The notes below the pieces were generated by a model that was not told where the DNA came from, made no database searches, and was given only the letters and a program-made list of their open reading frames with translations. Positions 19,706 to 28,439 of a DNA stretch of 64,000 nt are shown in pieces. How positions within the stretch are numbered: the stretch's first letter is position 1; the number at the start of each line of letters is the position of its first letter. Source of the stretch: Candidatus Spongiisociaceae bacterium (GTDB lineage: Bacteria > Actinomycetota > Acidimicrobiia > Spongiisociales > Spongiisociaceae); the NCBI GenBank assembly GCA_965219685.1, contig CBDCOH010000002.1, positions 2,784,001 to 2,848,000 of the forward strand, given 5' to 3'. A program made the translations under genes and the position numbers.

Positions 19706-20608
19706 ATGGACCTGCTGGCGGTCATCTCCTACCCACCCATACCGATCTTCGACGTCGGCCCGCTTCGCCTGTCGCTGCACGGGGTCTTCGCAGGGGTCGG
19801 GTTCATGACCGGCGCCTACTACGGCCTCAAGATGTTCCACGCCCGCGGGTTCGACGCCGCGCGCTTCCAGTCCGCTCTCACTTGGGCTCTCGTCGGAGCG
19901 CTCCTCGGTGCTCGCTGGTTGACGCTCCCCGCGTACTGGGTGGAGAACGGATTCGACCTGAGCGAGATGATCAACATCGGGGGCAACTACTCCATCATGG
20001 GGGGTTTCGCGGGCGGCATCGGCCTTGGAGTGTTCCGAGCCTACCGACTGGGCCTCAGGATCTGGCCCACCCTCGACGTGACCGCCTTCGGCCTAGCGAT
20101 CGGCACGATCGTCGGGCGGATCGGCGATCTGGCCATAGTCGAGCATCTGGGCGGGCCCACCGACTTCTTCCTAGGCTACGGGATCCGGCCGGGATACGAC
20201 GTGGCGCCACAGCACAACCGCCTGGAATGCACGGTGGCGGAGGTGGGCGAGTATTGCGGCATCTACCACCATGCAGCCTTCTACGACATGTTGGGCGCCA
20301 TCGTGCTCTTCGGGGTGGTGTACTGGCTCTACGAGCGCTCCCGGCTGACACTTCGCTACGGGCAGCTTTTCGCCGTCTGGGTGGCCTGGTACGGCTTCCA
20401 GCGCCTGTTCATAGACTTCACCCGCCTCGCGCTAGATGTCGACGGTGACAGGACCCTCGGCGCGCTCACGTGGAGCCAGTGGAGCGGCCTGGCTGCGGGG
20501 ATCGCGGGCGTCGCCGGACTCCTGTGGCTGGGAAGGCGGAACCGCGCGGTCAGCCCGGAGAACGACCGGCTCTACGGCGCCGTCGCGACCGCGCCTGAGC
20601 CGGATTGA
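19706..20608 (+). CDS. lgt: Prolipoprotein diacylglyceryl transferase
   Basis: LLGARW, GRIGD, H..AFYD and YGFQRLFIDFTR motifs; multi-TM. Confidence 0.8.
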   Translation: MDLLAVISYPPIPIFDVGPLRLSLHGVFAGVGFMTGAYYGLKMFHARGFDAARFQSALTWALVGALLGARWLTLPAYWVENGFDLSEMINIGGNYSIMGGFAGGIGLGVFRAYRLGLRIWPTLDVTAFGLAIGTIVGRIGDLAIVEHLGGPTDFFLGYGIRPGYDVAPQHNRLECTVAEVGEYCGIYHHAAFYDMLGAIVLFGVVYWLYERSRLTLRYGQLFAVWVAWYGFQRLFIDFTRLALDVDGDRTLGALTWSQWSGLAAGIAGVAGLLWLGRRNRAVSPENDRLYGAVATAPEPD

Positions 20609-20612
20609 CGAT

Positions 20613-20647
20613 TAGTTCCTAGTCGGTAGTCTATAGTCTCTAGTTGG
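20613..20647 (+). repeat. Degenerate heptamer tandem (TAGTNNN)x5 just after the lgt stop
   Basis: TAGTTCC TAGTCGG TAGTCTA TAGTCTC TAGTTGG. Confidence 0.85.
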
Positions 20648-20875
20648 TCATCGCTCGTTAACGTTAAATTGAATCCAGTTACCATTGTCATAGCACTGTT
20701 TGGGTCTCGCGTTGCACCGCGGGTGGCTCTTCACGAGATGGCAGACCCAGTCCCGAGTCCAGGAACAGGGACACACTAGTTTACAGATGTGTTGTACAGC
20801 GTTGTGTAGCGGTCGTAGTGTACGGTCTCTTCTGGTCAGATCCCTTGGAACTAGGGGAGTGGTCGGCCGGCGGGG

Positions 20876-20904
20876 TTGTCCGTCTCGCTCGCGCCGGTTA
20901 GCCT
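20876..20904 (+). promoter_or_regulatory. Sigma-A-like promoter driving a leaderless leader transcript
   Basis: TTGTCC-17 nt-TAGCCT, with the leader GTG 7 nt downstream of the -10. Confidence 0.6.
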
Positions 20905-20911
20905 TGCCGGC

Positions 20912-20983
20912 GTGAGACCGACGTCTGTGTATACGTATTTCGCCTTTACCGGGCCCGGCGCCCGGGCCCGGCACTGCACGTAG
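20912..20983 (+). CDS. Putative Tyr/Phe attenuator leader peptide MRPTSVYTYFAFTGPGARARHCT
   Basis: YTYFAF codon cluster, followed by alternative hairpins and a terminator upstream of the chorismate mutase fusion gene. Confidence 0.72.
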   Translation: MRPTSVYTYFAFTGPGARARHCT

Positions 20984-21004
20984 CACCCACACAACGTCGC
21001 AAGC

Positions 21005-21038
21005 AAAAGGCCCGGAGCAGCCGCTCCGGGCGTTTTTC
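21005..21038 (+). terminator. Intrinsic terminator (attenuator)
   Basis: GCCCGGAGC-AGCC-GCTCCGGGC followed by GTTTTT, 30 nt before the downstream start codon. Confidence 0.85.
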
Positions 21039-21067
21039 GTTCACGGGGCGGCCCCACCAGAGGAGCG

Positions 21068-22123
21068 ATGATGGAACGGAGAGCAGTACGCAACGGATCA
21101 GAAACCGACACCGTCGTCAACGTCGGACTGACGAGGTTCGGTCACGATCCCTTCCCTGTCATCGCCGGCCCCCGAGCGGTGGAGTCGGAGTCACAGATAA
21201 TGCAGGTGGCCACTGCCGTGGCCGAGGCGGGCGCGTCCTTGCTCCGCGGAGGCGTGTTCGAGTCGAGCCCGTCCCCGTACGCCTTTCCCGGTCTGGGAGA
21301 ACCAGGCTTGAAGCTGCTCAAGAAGGCCGGGGAGGAGGTCGGCCTACCCACCGTCACCAAGGCGCTCGAACCCAAGGACGTCAGCATGGTCGCCGCCCAC
21401 GTCGACATGATCTACGTGGATCCCGGATCGATGCAGAACTTCGAACTCCTGCGCGTCATCGGCCGGTCCGGCAAACCGGTCCTCCTCGAACGGGGCGGTT
21501 CCGCCACGGTCGACGAATGGCTGTGGGCTGCGGAGTACGTGCTCGCCGAGGGCAACAACCAGGTGGTCCTCTGCGAAGCCGGAATCCGGACCTTCGAGAA
21601 ATCCACGAGAGCGACGCTCGACCTGAGTGCCATTCCCGTTCTCAAGGAGAAGAGTCATCTCCCGGTGATCGTGGCCCCGTCCGCCGCGGTCGGGTCACCG
21701 GGGCGGATCCAACCGCTCGCACTGGCCGCCCAGGGCGTGGGGGCCGACGGGATCATGATCGAGGTACATCCGGATCCGAGCACATCCCGGACCTTTGTCT
21801 CGCATCACATCACGATCGAGGCGTTCAGCAGGCTGATGGACGCGCTCGGCGTCAACCGGATCCGCATGAACATAGACATGATCGACCGCGATCTGGTACG
21901 CCTGCTTGCCAGGCGGCACCACCTGGCCATGGAAGTCGGGCGGATCAAAGCGGAGCGGGGAATGCCCGTCCAGATTCCCGAACGCGAGGAGGAGCTCCTG
22001 GGGATCATCCGCGAGGAGGCGGAAGTGGTGGGGTTGGACCCCGACCAGGTCGAGAGGATCTTCATCCTGATACTCGAGCAGTCCCGCAACGCGCAGCACC
22101 GGAAGCGAGCCGGGAGTTGGTAG
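21068..22123 (+). CDS. Degenerate type I-beta DAHP-synthase-like domain fused to a C-terminal AroQ chorismate mutase
   Basis: DAHPS scaffold motifs (IAGP, RGG, MQNFELL, GIRTFE, GADGIMIEVHP) with the catalytic residues substituted. C-terminal IRMNIDMIDRDLVRLLARR...K...PERE...QSRNAQ. Confidence 0.88.
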   Translation: MMERRAVRNGSETDTVVNVGLTRFGHDPFPVIAGPRAVESESQIMQVATAVAEAGASLLRGGVFESSPSPYAFPGLGEPGLKLLKKAGEEVGLPTVTKALEPKDVSMVAAHVDMIYVDPGSMQNFELLRVIGRSGKPVLLERGGSATVDEWLWAAEYVLAEGNNQVVLCEAGIRTFEKSTRATLDLSAIPVLKEKSHLPVIVAPSAAVGSPGRIQPLALAAQGVGADGIMIEVHPDPSTSRTFVSHHITIEAFSRLMDALGVNRIRMNIDMIDRDLVRLLARRHHLAMEVGRIKAERGMPVQIPEREEELLGIIREEAEVVGLDPDQVERIFILILEQSRNAQHRKRAGSW

Positions 22124-22135
22124 CACAGTTGAGCT

Positions 22136-22149
22136 AAACCGACCGGTTT
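22136..22149. promoter_or_regulatory. Palindrome AAACCG-AC-CGGTTT upstream of the TRAP SBP gene (possible TetR-type operator)
   Basis: Perfect palindrome in the intergenic region. Confidence 0.35.
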
Positions 22150-22285
22150 TCTACGTAGAGCAGGGGAAATAGCGTATCAATTTGCCGGTTTCGGCCCGCG
22201 TACGGTCCGGCCGTTGGATATTCTTCCTCTCCCCGGCCGACTGGCCGAGGAGCAATACTCGGGACCGCCAAGGAGAGGAGGAGGC

Positions 22286-23518
22286 GTGGCACGGGACAAA
22301 TCGGGACCTTCGCTGGAGGAGACTCTGGAGACGAAGGTAGACCGCAGGGACTTCCTCAAGAAAGCAGGAATGACAGTTGCAGCCGGCGGGTTGCTCGCCG
22401 CCGTAGCAGCATGTGGCGACGACGAGCCTGCGCCTGAGACAACCGCGGCACCCGCCGCCGACGACACCACTACCACCGCCGCCGAAGCGGTCGAAGTGGT
22501 GATGAGCGAGGGTGGGCCGGAGATCGAATGGGAGATGGGCACGAGCTGGCCGCTCTCCCTGGACACGATCTACGGAGGCGCCGCGGACTTCGCCGAGCGC
22601 GTCTCGGCGATGACCGGCGGCCGGTTCAACATCACGCCCCGAGCGGCGGGCGAGCTCGTACCGGGACTTGAGGTTCTGCAGAACGTCCAGCAGAACGCCA
22701 TCCCGGCCGGCCATACCGCGTCGTACTACTACGTGGGCCTGAGCCCCGCCACGGCGTTCAACACCGCTCTGCCCTTCGGGTTCACCTACCGGCAGCAGAA
22801 CGCGTGGATGTACGAGGGCGGCGGCCTGCAACTGATGCAGGACTTCTACGCGGACCGCTTCGGCGTGATCAACTTCCCGGCCGGCAATACCGGAGTCCAG
22901 ATGGGCGGTTGGTTCAACAAGGAGATCAACTCCAAGGCGGACTTGGAGGGACTACGCATGCGGATCCCCGGCCTGGGAGGCAAGGTTATGGAGAAGCTCG
23001 GCGTCACCGTCCAGGTGCTACCAGGCGGTGAGATCTTCCAGGCGCTCCAGACCGGCGCCATCGACGCCACCGAGTGGGTCGGCCCGTACGACGACACGAC
23101 CATGGGGTTCCACGACGTGTCCACCTATTACTACTACCCCGGGTGGTGGGAGCCGGGCCCCGAGCTCGACGTGTTCATCCCGCTGGCGGAGTGGAACGAG
23201 CTGCCCGAGGAGTACCGGGTGATTGTCGAAGCCGCGGCCTACGGCGCCAACGCCACCATGATGGCGCGCTACGACGCCAAGAACCCGGCCGCTCTGCAGA
23301 CGATCCTCGAGTCGGACATCGAACTCCGGCCGTTCCCGGATGACGTGATGCAGGCTTCTCAGGATGCCGCATTCGAACTCTTCGACGAGACAGCCGCGGA
23401 TGACAGTGACTTCGCGTCGATCTTCGCCGAGTGGAAGAGCTTCCGCGACGGGATCACGCGATGGCATGGCCTTGCGGAGACAGCCATGGTCAGTTGGACG
23501 GGTCGCCACACGGCCTGA
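22286..23518 (+). CDS. dctP: TRAP transporter substrate-binding protein (TakP-like, Tat lipoprotein)
   Basis: DRRDFLK Tat motif, lipobox [22 protein letters not shown] and [10 protein letters not shown] motifs. Confidence 0.92.
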   Translation: MARDKSGPSLEETLETKVDRRDFLKKAGMTVAAGGLLAAVAACGDDEPAPETTAAPAADDTTTTAAEAVEVVMSEGGPEIEWEMGTSWPLSLDTIYGGAADFAERVSAMTGGRFNITPRAAGELVPGLEVLQNVQQNAIPAGHTASYYYVGLSPATAFNTALPFGFTYRQQNAWMYEGGGLQLMQDFYADRFGVINFPAGNTGVQMGGWFNKEINSKADLEGLRMRIPGLGGKVMEKLGVTVQVLPGGEIFQALQTGAIDATEWVGPYDDTTMGFHDVSTYYYYPGWWEPGPELDVFIPLAEWNELPEEYRVIVEAAAYGANATMMARYDAKNPAALQTILESDIELRPFPDDVMQASQDAAFELFDETAADDSDFASIFAEWKSFRDGITRWHGLAETAMVSWTGRHTA

Positions 23519-23535
23519 ATCCACAAGAACCAAGC

Positions 23536-23561
23536 GAGGGGCGGGCCCAGGCCCGCCCCTC
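23536..23561. terminator. GC-rich hairpin after dctP
   Basis: GAGGGGCGGGC-CCAG-GCCCGCCCCTC. Confidence 0.7.
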
Positions 23562-23563
23562 TC

Positions 23564-23580
23564 TGGTGAATGGTGAATGG
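23564..23580 (+). repeat. Short TGGTGAA heptamer tandem (about 2.5 units)
   Basis: TGGTGAA TGGTGAA TGG, the same unit as at 14771 and 62049. Confidence 0.75.
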
Positions 23581-23664
23581 TGGTGCGGCTACCACGCACC
23601 GCTCATGGTCACATGGATCTATCTCGGTAATCGAATACCGTTGAGAATTCTACTGGCTACCGGC

Positions 23665-25029
23665 CTAGCCCACGACGCTCGGTAACCAGGTGACCGTGGC
23701 CGGGAAGATCATCACCAGGACCAACGCCACACCCTGAAGGGCCATGAACGGCAGGGCGCCCCGGTGGATGTCAATCGTCTTTACCTCCGGCGGTTTCACG
23801 CTCTGGAGGTAGAAGAGCGAGAAGCCCACCGGCGGCGAGATGAAGGCCATGTTCAGGTTGATCGCGATCATGACCGTGAACCAGATCATCAGAGCCGGGA
23901 GAGTGTCGAACGGGGTAACCCCCGTCTCGAACAGCACGCGAACCGCCGGAACGAAGATGGGCATGGCGATGAACGTAATCTCGATGAACTCCAGGTTGAT
24001 GCCCAGCAGGAACACCGCGATGTTGGCGATGATCACGAAACCCCAGAACCCGCCGGGAAGGCCCGTGAGGATCTCCTGGGCGAAGCGTTGCCCGCCCAAT
24101 TGGTCGAAGATCAACTGGAAGAACGTGGAGCAGAACAGGATCATCAGGACCAGACCGGTTATGTTCGCTGCGGACCGGCTGGCTCCGGCGATGACCCGCC
24201 ACCTCAAATTCCGGTTGGCTGCTGCCAGCGCCATGGCGGCAACCGCGCCGACGGCACCCGCTTCGGTGGGAGTGGCTATCCCTCTGAAGATCGTGCCGAG
24301 CACGGCCAGGATCAGCAGGATGATCGGAACCACCGCGATCAGGAGTTCCTTGATGAGATCCACTCCGCGGATGGTGCGAGCCTCGTCGGGGAGAGCGGGA
24401 GCCACTCCTTCTTTGGTGTAAGCCCGGTACAGGCAGTAGACACCGTAGATTCCGGCCAGCATGGTTCCGGGGACCATGGCTCCCAGGAACAGGTCGCCAA
24501 CCGAGACGCCCACCACCTGCGCTAGGAGGATCAGCACCAGGGAGGGCGGGAGAAGCTGGGCCAGGGTGCCCGACGCCGTGATCAGCCCGGTGGCGAGCCG
24601 GTGGTCGTACCCGTAGCGGACCATGGTCGGCAGGGAGAGCAGGCCCATCACGATCACTGTGGCTGCGACGACGCCGGTTGCCGCCGCCAGCATGGCGCCC
24701 ACGACCACGACGGTGAGGCCGAGCCCGCCCTTCAGGCGGCCGAGAGCCATCCCGATGGTCGTCAACATACGCTCCGCGAGCCCGGACTTCTCGAGGATCG
24801 CCCCCATGAACACGAAGAACGGAACGGCCAGCAAAGTGAAGTTGTCAACCGCCTTGAACCAGCGGCTGAAGAGGATGATCAGGCGGTTGAAGTCGAACTC
24901 CCCGAGCAGGATCCCGACGGCGCCGAACACTATGGCGGTACCGGCGAACGAGAAGGCCACGGGATACCCGACGAGCAGCAGCACCAGGAAGATGGCGAAC
25001 ATGATGATGGCTAGCCACTCGACACCCAT
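23665..25029 (-). CDS. dctM: TRAP transporter large permease
   Basis: [31 protein letters not shown] and [12 protein letters not shown] motifs. Confidence 0.93.
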   Translation of the reverse strand: MGVEWLAIIMFAIFLVLLLVGYPVAFSFAGTAIVFGAVGILLGEFDFNRLIILFSRWFKAVDNFTLLAVPFFVFMGAILEKSGLAERMLTTIGMALGRLKGGLGLTVVVVGAMLAAATGVVAATVIVMGLLSLPTMVRYGYDHRLATGLITASGTLAQLLPPSLVLILLAQVVGVSVGDLFLGAMVPGTMLAGIYGVYCLYRAYTKEGVAPALPDEARTIRGVDLIKELLIAVVPIILLILAVLGTIFRGIATPTEAGAVGAVAAMALAAANRNLRWRVIAGASRSAANITGLVLMILFCSTFFQLIFDQLGGQRFAQEILTGLPGGFWGFVIIANIAVFLLGINLEFIEITFIAMPIFVPAVRVLFETGVTPFDTLPALMIWFTVMIAINLNMAFISPPVGFSLFYLQSVKPPEVKTIDIHRGALPFMALQGVALVLVMIFPATVTWLPSVVG

Positions 25030-25643
25030 TATTCGATCCTCATCGGAGCCTCGCGTTCGCCCAAGGAGAGCCTGGCTTCACGGCCGGTCAGGAAAGCAAC
25101 CAGGCGGATCAATGTGGCGAGGGCCTGAATCCCGAGCAGGATGAAGGCCACCAGGATCAACGCTTTCAACGGCGCTCGGGGGAGACCACCGGGATCGGGC
25201 GACTGCTCCCAGATACTCCACGAGTCACGGACGGGCCTCCACGAAACCCAGATGGCGAGAGCGGTGAAGGGAACCAGGCCGACCATGTGACCGATCAGGT
25301 CGATTACGGCCTTCACCCGGTCCGAACGCTCCGCGTACCAAAAGTCCACCCGTACGTTCCCGTCGTGCCTGAGCAGGTAAGGGAACATCAGCAGGAATAT
25401 CACCCCGTAGAGGTACCACTGCGCCTCGATCCAGGTGTTGTTGACGAGTTGGGTCTCGACGTATTGCCCCACGTACCGCAGGGCGACGTTGAGGAAGCCG
25501 ACGGGGATGAGTATGTAGACGAGAAGCCGGGCCACCCACCCGCTTGCCTCGGTGACGGCATCCGCCGCGGCCACGACCAACTCCGCGACCCGGTCCGTAA
25601 TTCTCGATACGGCCTGTCCGGCGTGCGCAAGGCCTTCGCTCAA
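25029..25643 (-). CDS. dctQ: TRAP transporter small permease
   Basis: EAQWYLY, NVRVD and EQSPDPGGL motifs; four TM helices. Confidence 0.9.
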   Translation of the reverse strand: MSEGLAHAGQAVSRITDRVAELVVAAADAVTEASGWVARLLVYILIPVGFLNVALRYVGQYVETQLVNNTWIEAQWYLYGVIFLLMFPYLLRHDGNVRVDFWYAERSDRVKAVIDLIGHMVGLVPFTALAIWVSWRPVRDSWSIWEQSPDPGGLPRAPLKALILVAFILLGIQALATLIRLVAFLTGREARLSLGEREAPMRIE

Positions 25644-25854
25644 CCCGGGCCCCTCCTTCTACCCGCCAAGCGGAACCTTACATGACCGAGTAGGGCCTCG
25701 CCGACTATTCGGGAGCTTGCTGTCCGTGATGCCACGTCCGAATCTCCCGACGAGATCCGACCCCTGAGCAGGACCTTCGGAAGCTGTCGCCTTGACCTGA
25801 CTCAGTCGTGCTACGGGACCGCGGAGTGTCCGGGACGGCCGGTTGCTCGCCTCC

Positions 25855-26823
25855 CTACACAGTGGCGTTCTGAGCGACGACGGCAATGAAAACGACGAAC
25901 GACACCAGAAGCACCGCTCCCTGCGTGATGCCCAGACGACGACGAGTGATGGCCATGACCCCCACCAGCACTCCGATGAGGAGCATCATCACGTGCTCCC
26001 TCACACGCCTCTCCCCTATGGCCCCGGCGCCGACGACGCCGGCGATCCCCACCACGAGAAGCGAATTGAACAGATTCGATCCCAGGAGGTTGCCGATCAC
26101 CAACTCGTTCGCCCTGCGCCGCGCAGCTGCGCCAGCCGTCACCAACTCGGGGAGACTGGTCCCCAAGGCGAAGATCGTGGCTCCCACGAACCCTCCGGCC
26201 AGGCCGTAATGATCGGCGACGGCGCCGCCTCCCTCCACGAGCAGCGCCGCGCCGCCCACTATTCCCACCAGCGAGGCAAAGGCCTTGGCCAACTCTCGGG
26301 ACGGCCGGTGGTCACCCGAGGCACCGCCATCATCCCCGTCCAGGGTGGCGCCCGCCCGCCCGTCGCGGACATCGCGCTTGGACCACCTGACCAGGAAGAC
26401 GGAGGCGACCGCCATCCCCGCCACCAGGATGATCCCCTCGGCCCGGTGAAGGTAGTCGTCCCATGCGGCCAGGACGACCGCGACCATGGCGAGGATGGTG
26501 ATGACCCCCTCCCGGCGGATGATCCGGAGTTGGCCCACCACCGGACAGATCACGGCGCTGGCACCCAGAACCAGAGAAAGGTTGGCTGCATTGGAGCCGA
26601 CCACGTTGCCGACCGAGGATGCCAACTCGCCCCTCGCCGCAGCCAGGCCGCTGACCACCAACTCGGGCGCCGACGTTCCGAAGCCGATGACCAGCGCCCC
26701 CACCAGGACGGGGGAGACGCCCCAGATGTGGGCCAGACGGGCCGCCGCATCCACGAAAGGGTCTGCCGCCACCCAGAGCAAGGCTATCCCGGCAATGATC
26801 AGTATCAGTCCGAGCCAGAGCAT
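25855..26823 (-). CDS. Ca2+/Na+ antiporter (YrbG family)
   Basis: Duplicated GTS(A/L)PE...GN..GSN alpha repeats. Confidence 0.92.
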   Translation of the reverse strand: MLWLGLILIIAGIALLWVAADPFVDAAARLAHIWGVSPVLVGALVIGFGTSAPELVVSGLAAARGELASSVGNVVGSNAANLSLVLGASAVICPVVGQLRIIRREGVITILAMVAVVLAAWDDYLHRAEGIILVAGMAVASVFLVRWSKRDVRDGRAGATLDGDDGGASGDHRPSRELAKAFASLVGIVGGAALLVEGGGAVADHYGLAGGFVGATIFALGTSLPELVTAGAAARRRANELVIGNLLGSNLFNSLLVVGIAGVVGAGAIGERRVREHVMMLLIGVLVGVMAITRRRLGITQGAVLLVSFVVFIAVVAQNATV

Positions 26824-26912
26824 CCGGGAAGCCTAACCAAAGACTCGGAACCGAGACCGCGCCATGACTCCAAAGGACCTCTCGATCCCGTCACCGGTTC
26901 AGGAAGGGCTCC

Positions 26913-27704
26913 TCATCCGGCGAGCCGATCGGCGTTCCTCTCGTCGCGCCATGCCAGCCATTCGCCGAGTCCGCCCAGGTCGTAGGCCGGCCCGTTCACC
27001 GCCAGCGCGATCTGGGTGACGCCGGCTGACAGCAGATCGTCGGCATGGTCGATCTCGTCGAGTTCGGCCCCTCCCGCCCGTTCGACCTCGGACGGATCCC
27101 GACCTGCCGCCACGCACCACTCGTCGAGGATGCGGCTCTTGCGGCGCATGAGGTCTCCGTCGCCGAAGCCGTGCCAGACGTCCGCGTAGCGGCCCGCCAA
27201 CCGGAGGGTGTGCTTCTCTCCCAGCCCACCTATGAGAATGGGGATCCGCCGGATCGGCGGAGGATTGAGCCGGCCCAGCCTGCGCTTGATCCTGTACAGG
27301 CCCGCTTCGAAGTCGCGCAGGCGGCCGCCGAAGGTTCCGAACGGGTACTCGTACTCGGTGTAGTCCCGCTCGGTCCAACCCGCCCCCAGACCGAGGATCA
27401 ACCTGCCTTCGCTTATGTGGTCCACGGTTCGAGCCATGTCGGCCAGCAGATGGGCGTTGCGGTAGGAGTAGCAGGTGACCAGAGCGCCTATCTCCACCCG
27501 CTCGGTCACCTCCGCCCACGAGGCCAGCATCGTCCAGCACTCGAAGTGCTTCCCGTCGGCAGGGCCGGAGAGGGGGAAGAAATGATCCCAGTTGTAGATG
27601 ACGTCGGCGCCCATCTCCTCGGCGCGTACGGCCGCCGACCGCAGGTCACGGTAGTCACCGTGCTGGGGATAGATGTGCACCGCGATCCGGACCGGGCGGG
27701 TCAT
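26913..27704 (-). CDS. LLM-class F420-dependent oxidoreductase (MSMEG_2906-like)
   Basis: NWDHFFPL, HFECWTML, YRNAHLLADMART and ILIGGLGEK motifs. Confidence 0.85.
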   Translation of the reverse strand: MTRPVRIAVHIYPQHGDYRDLRSAAVRAEEMGADVIYNWDHFFPLSGPADGKHFECWTMLASWAEVTERVEIGALVTCYSYRNAHLLADMARTVDHISEGRLILGLGAGWTERDYTEYEYPFGTFGGRLRDFEAGLYRIKRRLGRLNPPPIRRIPILIGGLGEKHTLRLAGRYADVWHGFGDGDLMRRKSRILDEWCVAAGRDPSEVERAGGAELDEIDHADDLLSAGVTQIALAVNGPAYDLGGLGEWLAWRDERNADRLAG

Positions 27705-27747
27705 AAGCACACCCCCCGCCCTAACGGTGCCGGGCTGGCCGGTCCCA

Positions 27748-28389
27748 TCACGTCACCGCGGGCGGGACGCCGCCCGGGCGGTCTCCGAACTCGGGCGGCT
27801 CGGTCCGGGTCCGCTTCAGCTCCCAGAAGCTGGGCGTGCGGGTGGCCTCCACGACGATGTCCCAAAGCCGCAGAGACTCGTCGGCGGGCGGGACCTTGGT
27901 GATTACCGGGCCGAAGATGCCCACCCTCGCGCCCTCGCAGTCGTCCATCGCGATGATCGGCGTTCCCACATCCTGGCCCACCAGATCGAGGCCCGCGTCC
28001 ATGCGCGCCCGGATCTCCGTGTCCCAGGATGCGTCGTCGAACGCACCGGCGTGAGTTGTGTCCAAGCCACTGCCGGACAGCACCTCTCCCACGTCGAAGT
28101 CGAAGAGTTGCCGGTCGTGATGGATCCGGGTCCCGAACCCCCAGTAGGCGCGGAAGACACCCTCGTTGCCGTATTCGGTCCTCACCGACTCCATCACCCG
28201 CAGCAGACGGTGGGTCCGCAGCGACGCTGCGTAGCGGTCCGAGCCCGGATCGGGCCGGTTCTTGAACAGGAGACTGATCGGCTCCCACTCGATGCTCAGG
28301 TCCCTGACCGGAGACACCTCGTCGACGACCCACCGGGCCGTCACCCAGCACCACGGTCAGACGGGATCTACCCAGAAGGAGATGTTCAT
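27748..28389 (-). CDS. Rv2466c/DsbA-like thioredoxin-fold oxidoreductase, predicted selenoprotein (Sec at codon 11)
   Basis: ATG AAC ATC TCC TTC TGG GTA GAT CCC GTC TGA CCG TGG TGC TGG = MNISFWVDPV-U-PWCW, continuing in frame to the VGTP, FGPVI and ELKRTR family motifs. Confidence 0.85.
28324..28342 (-). promoter_or_regulatory. Putative bacterial SECIS hairpin
   Basis: GACGGCCC-GGU-GGGUCGUC stem-loop starting 15 nt after the in-frame UGA. Confidence 0.65.
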
Positions 28390-28439
28390 CGTCCGTCCTT
28401 TCCTACACCCGGAACGGTAGCGGGACGAGCAAGGGCAAG

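Noticed and set aside
20648-20992. Cys-rich minus-strand ORF (CKLVCPCSW...)
   Set aside because: No RBS or recognisable family, and it overlaps the better-supported attenuator on the other strand.
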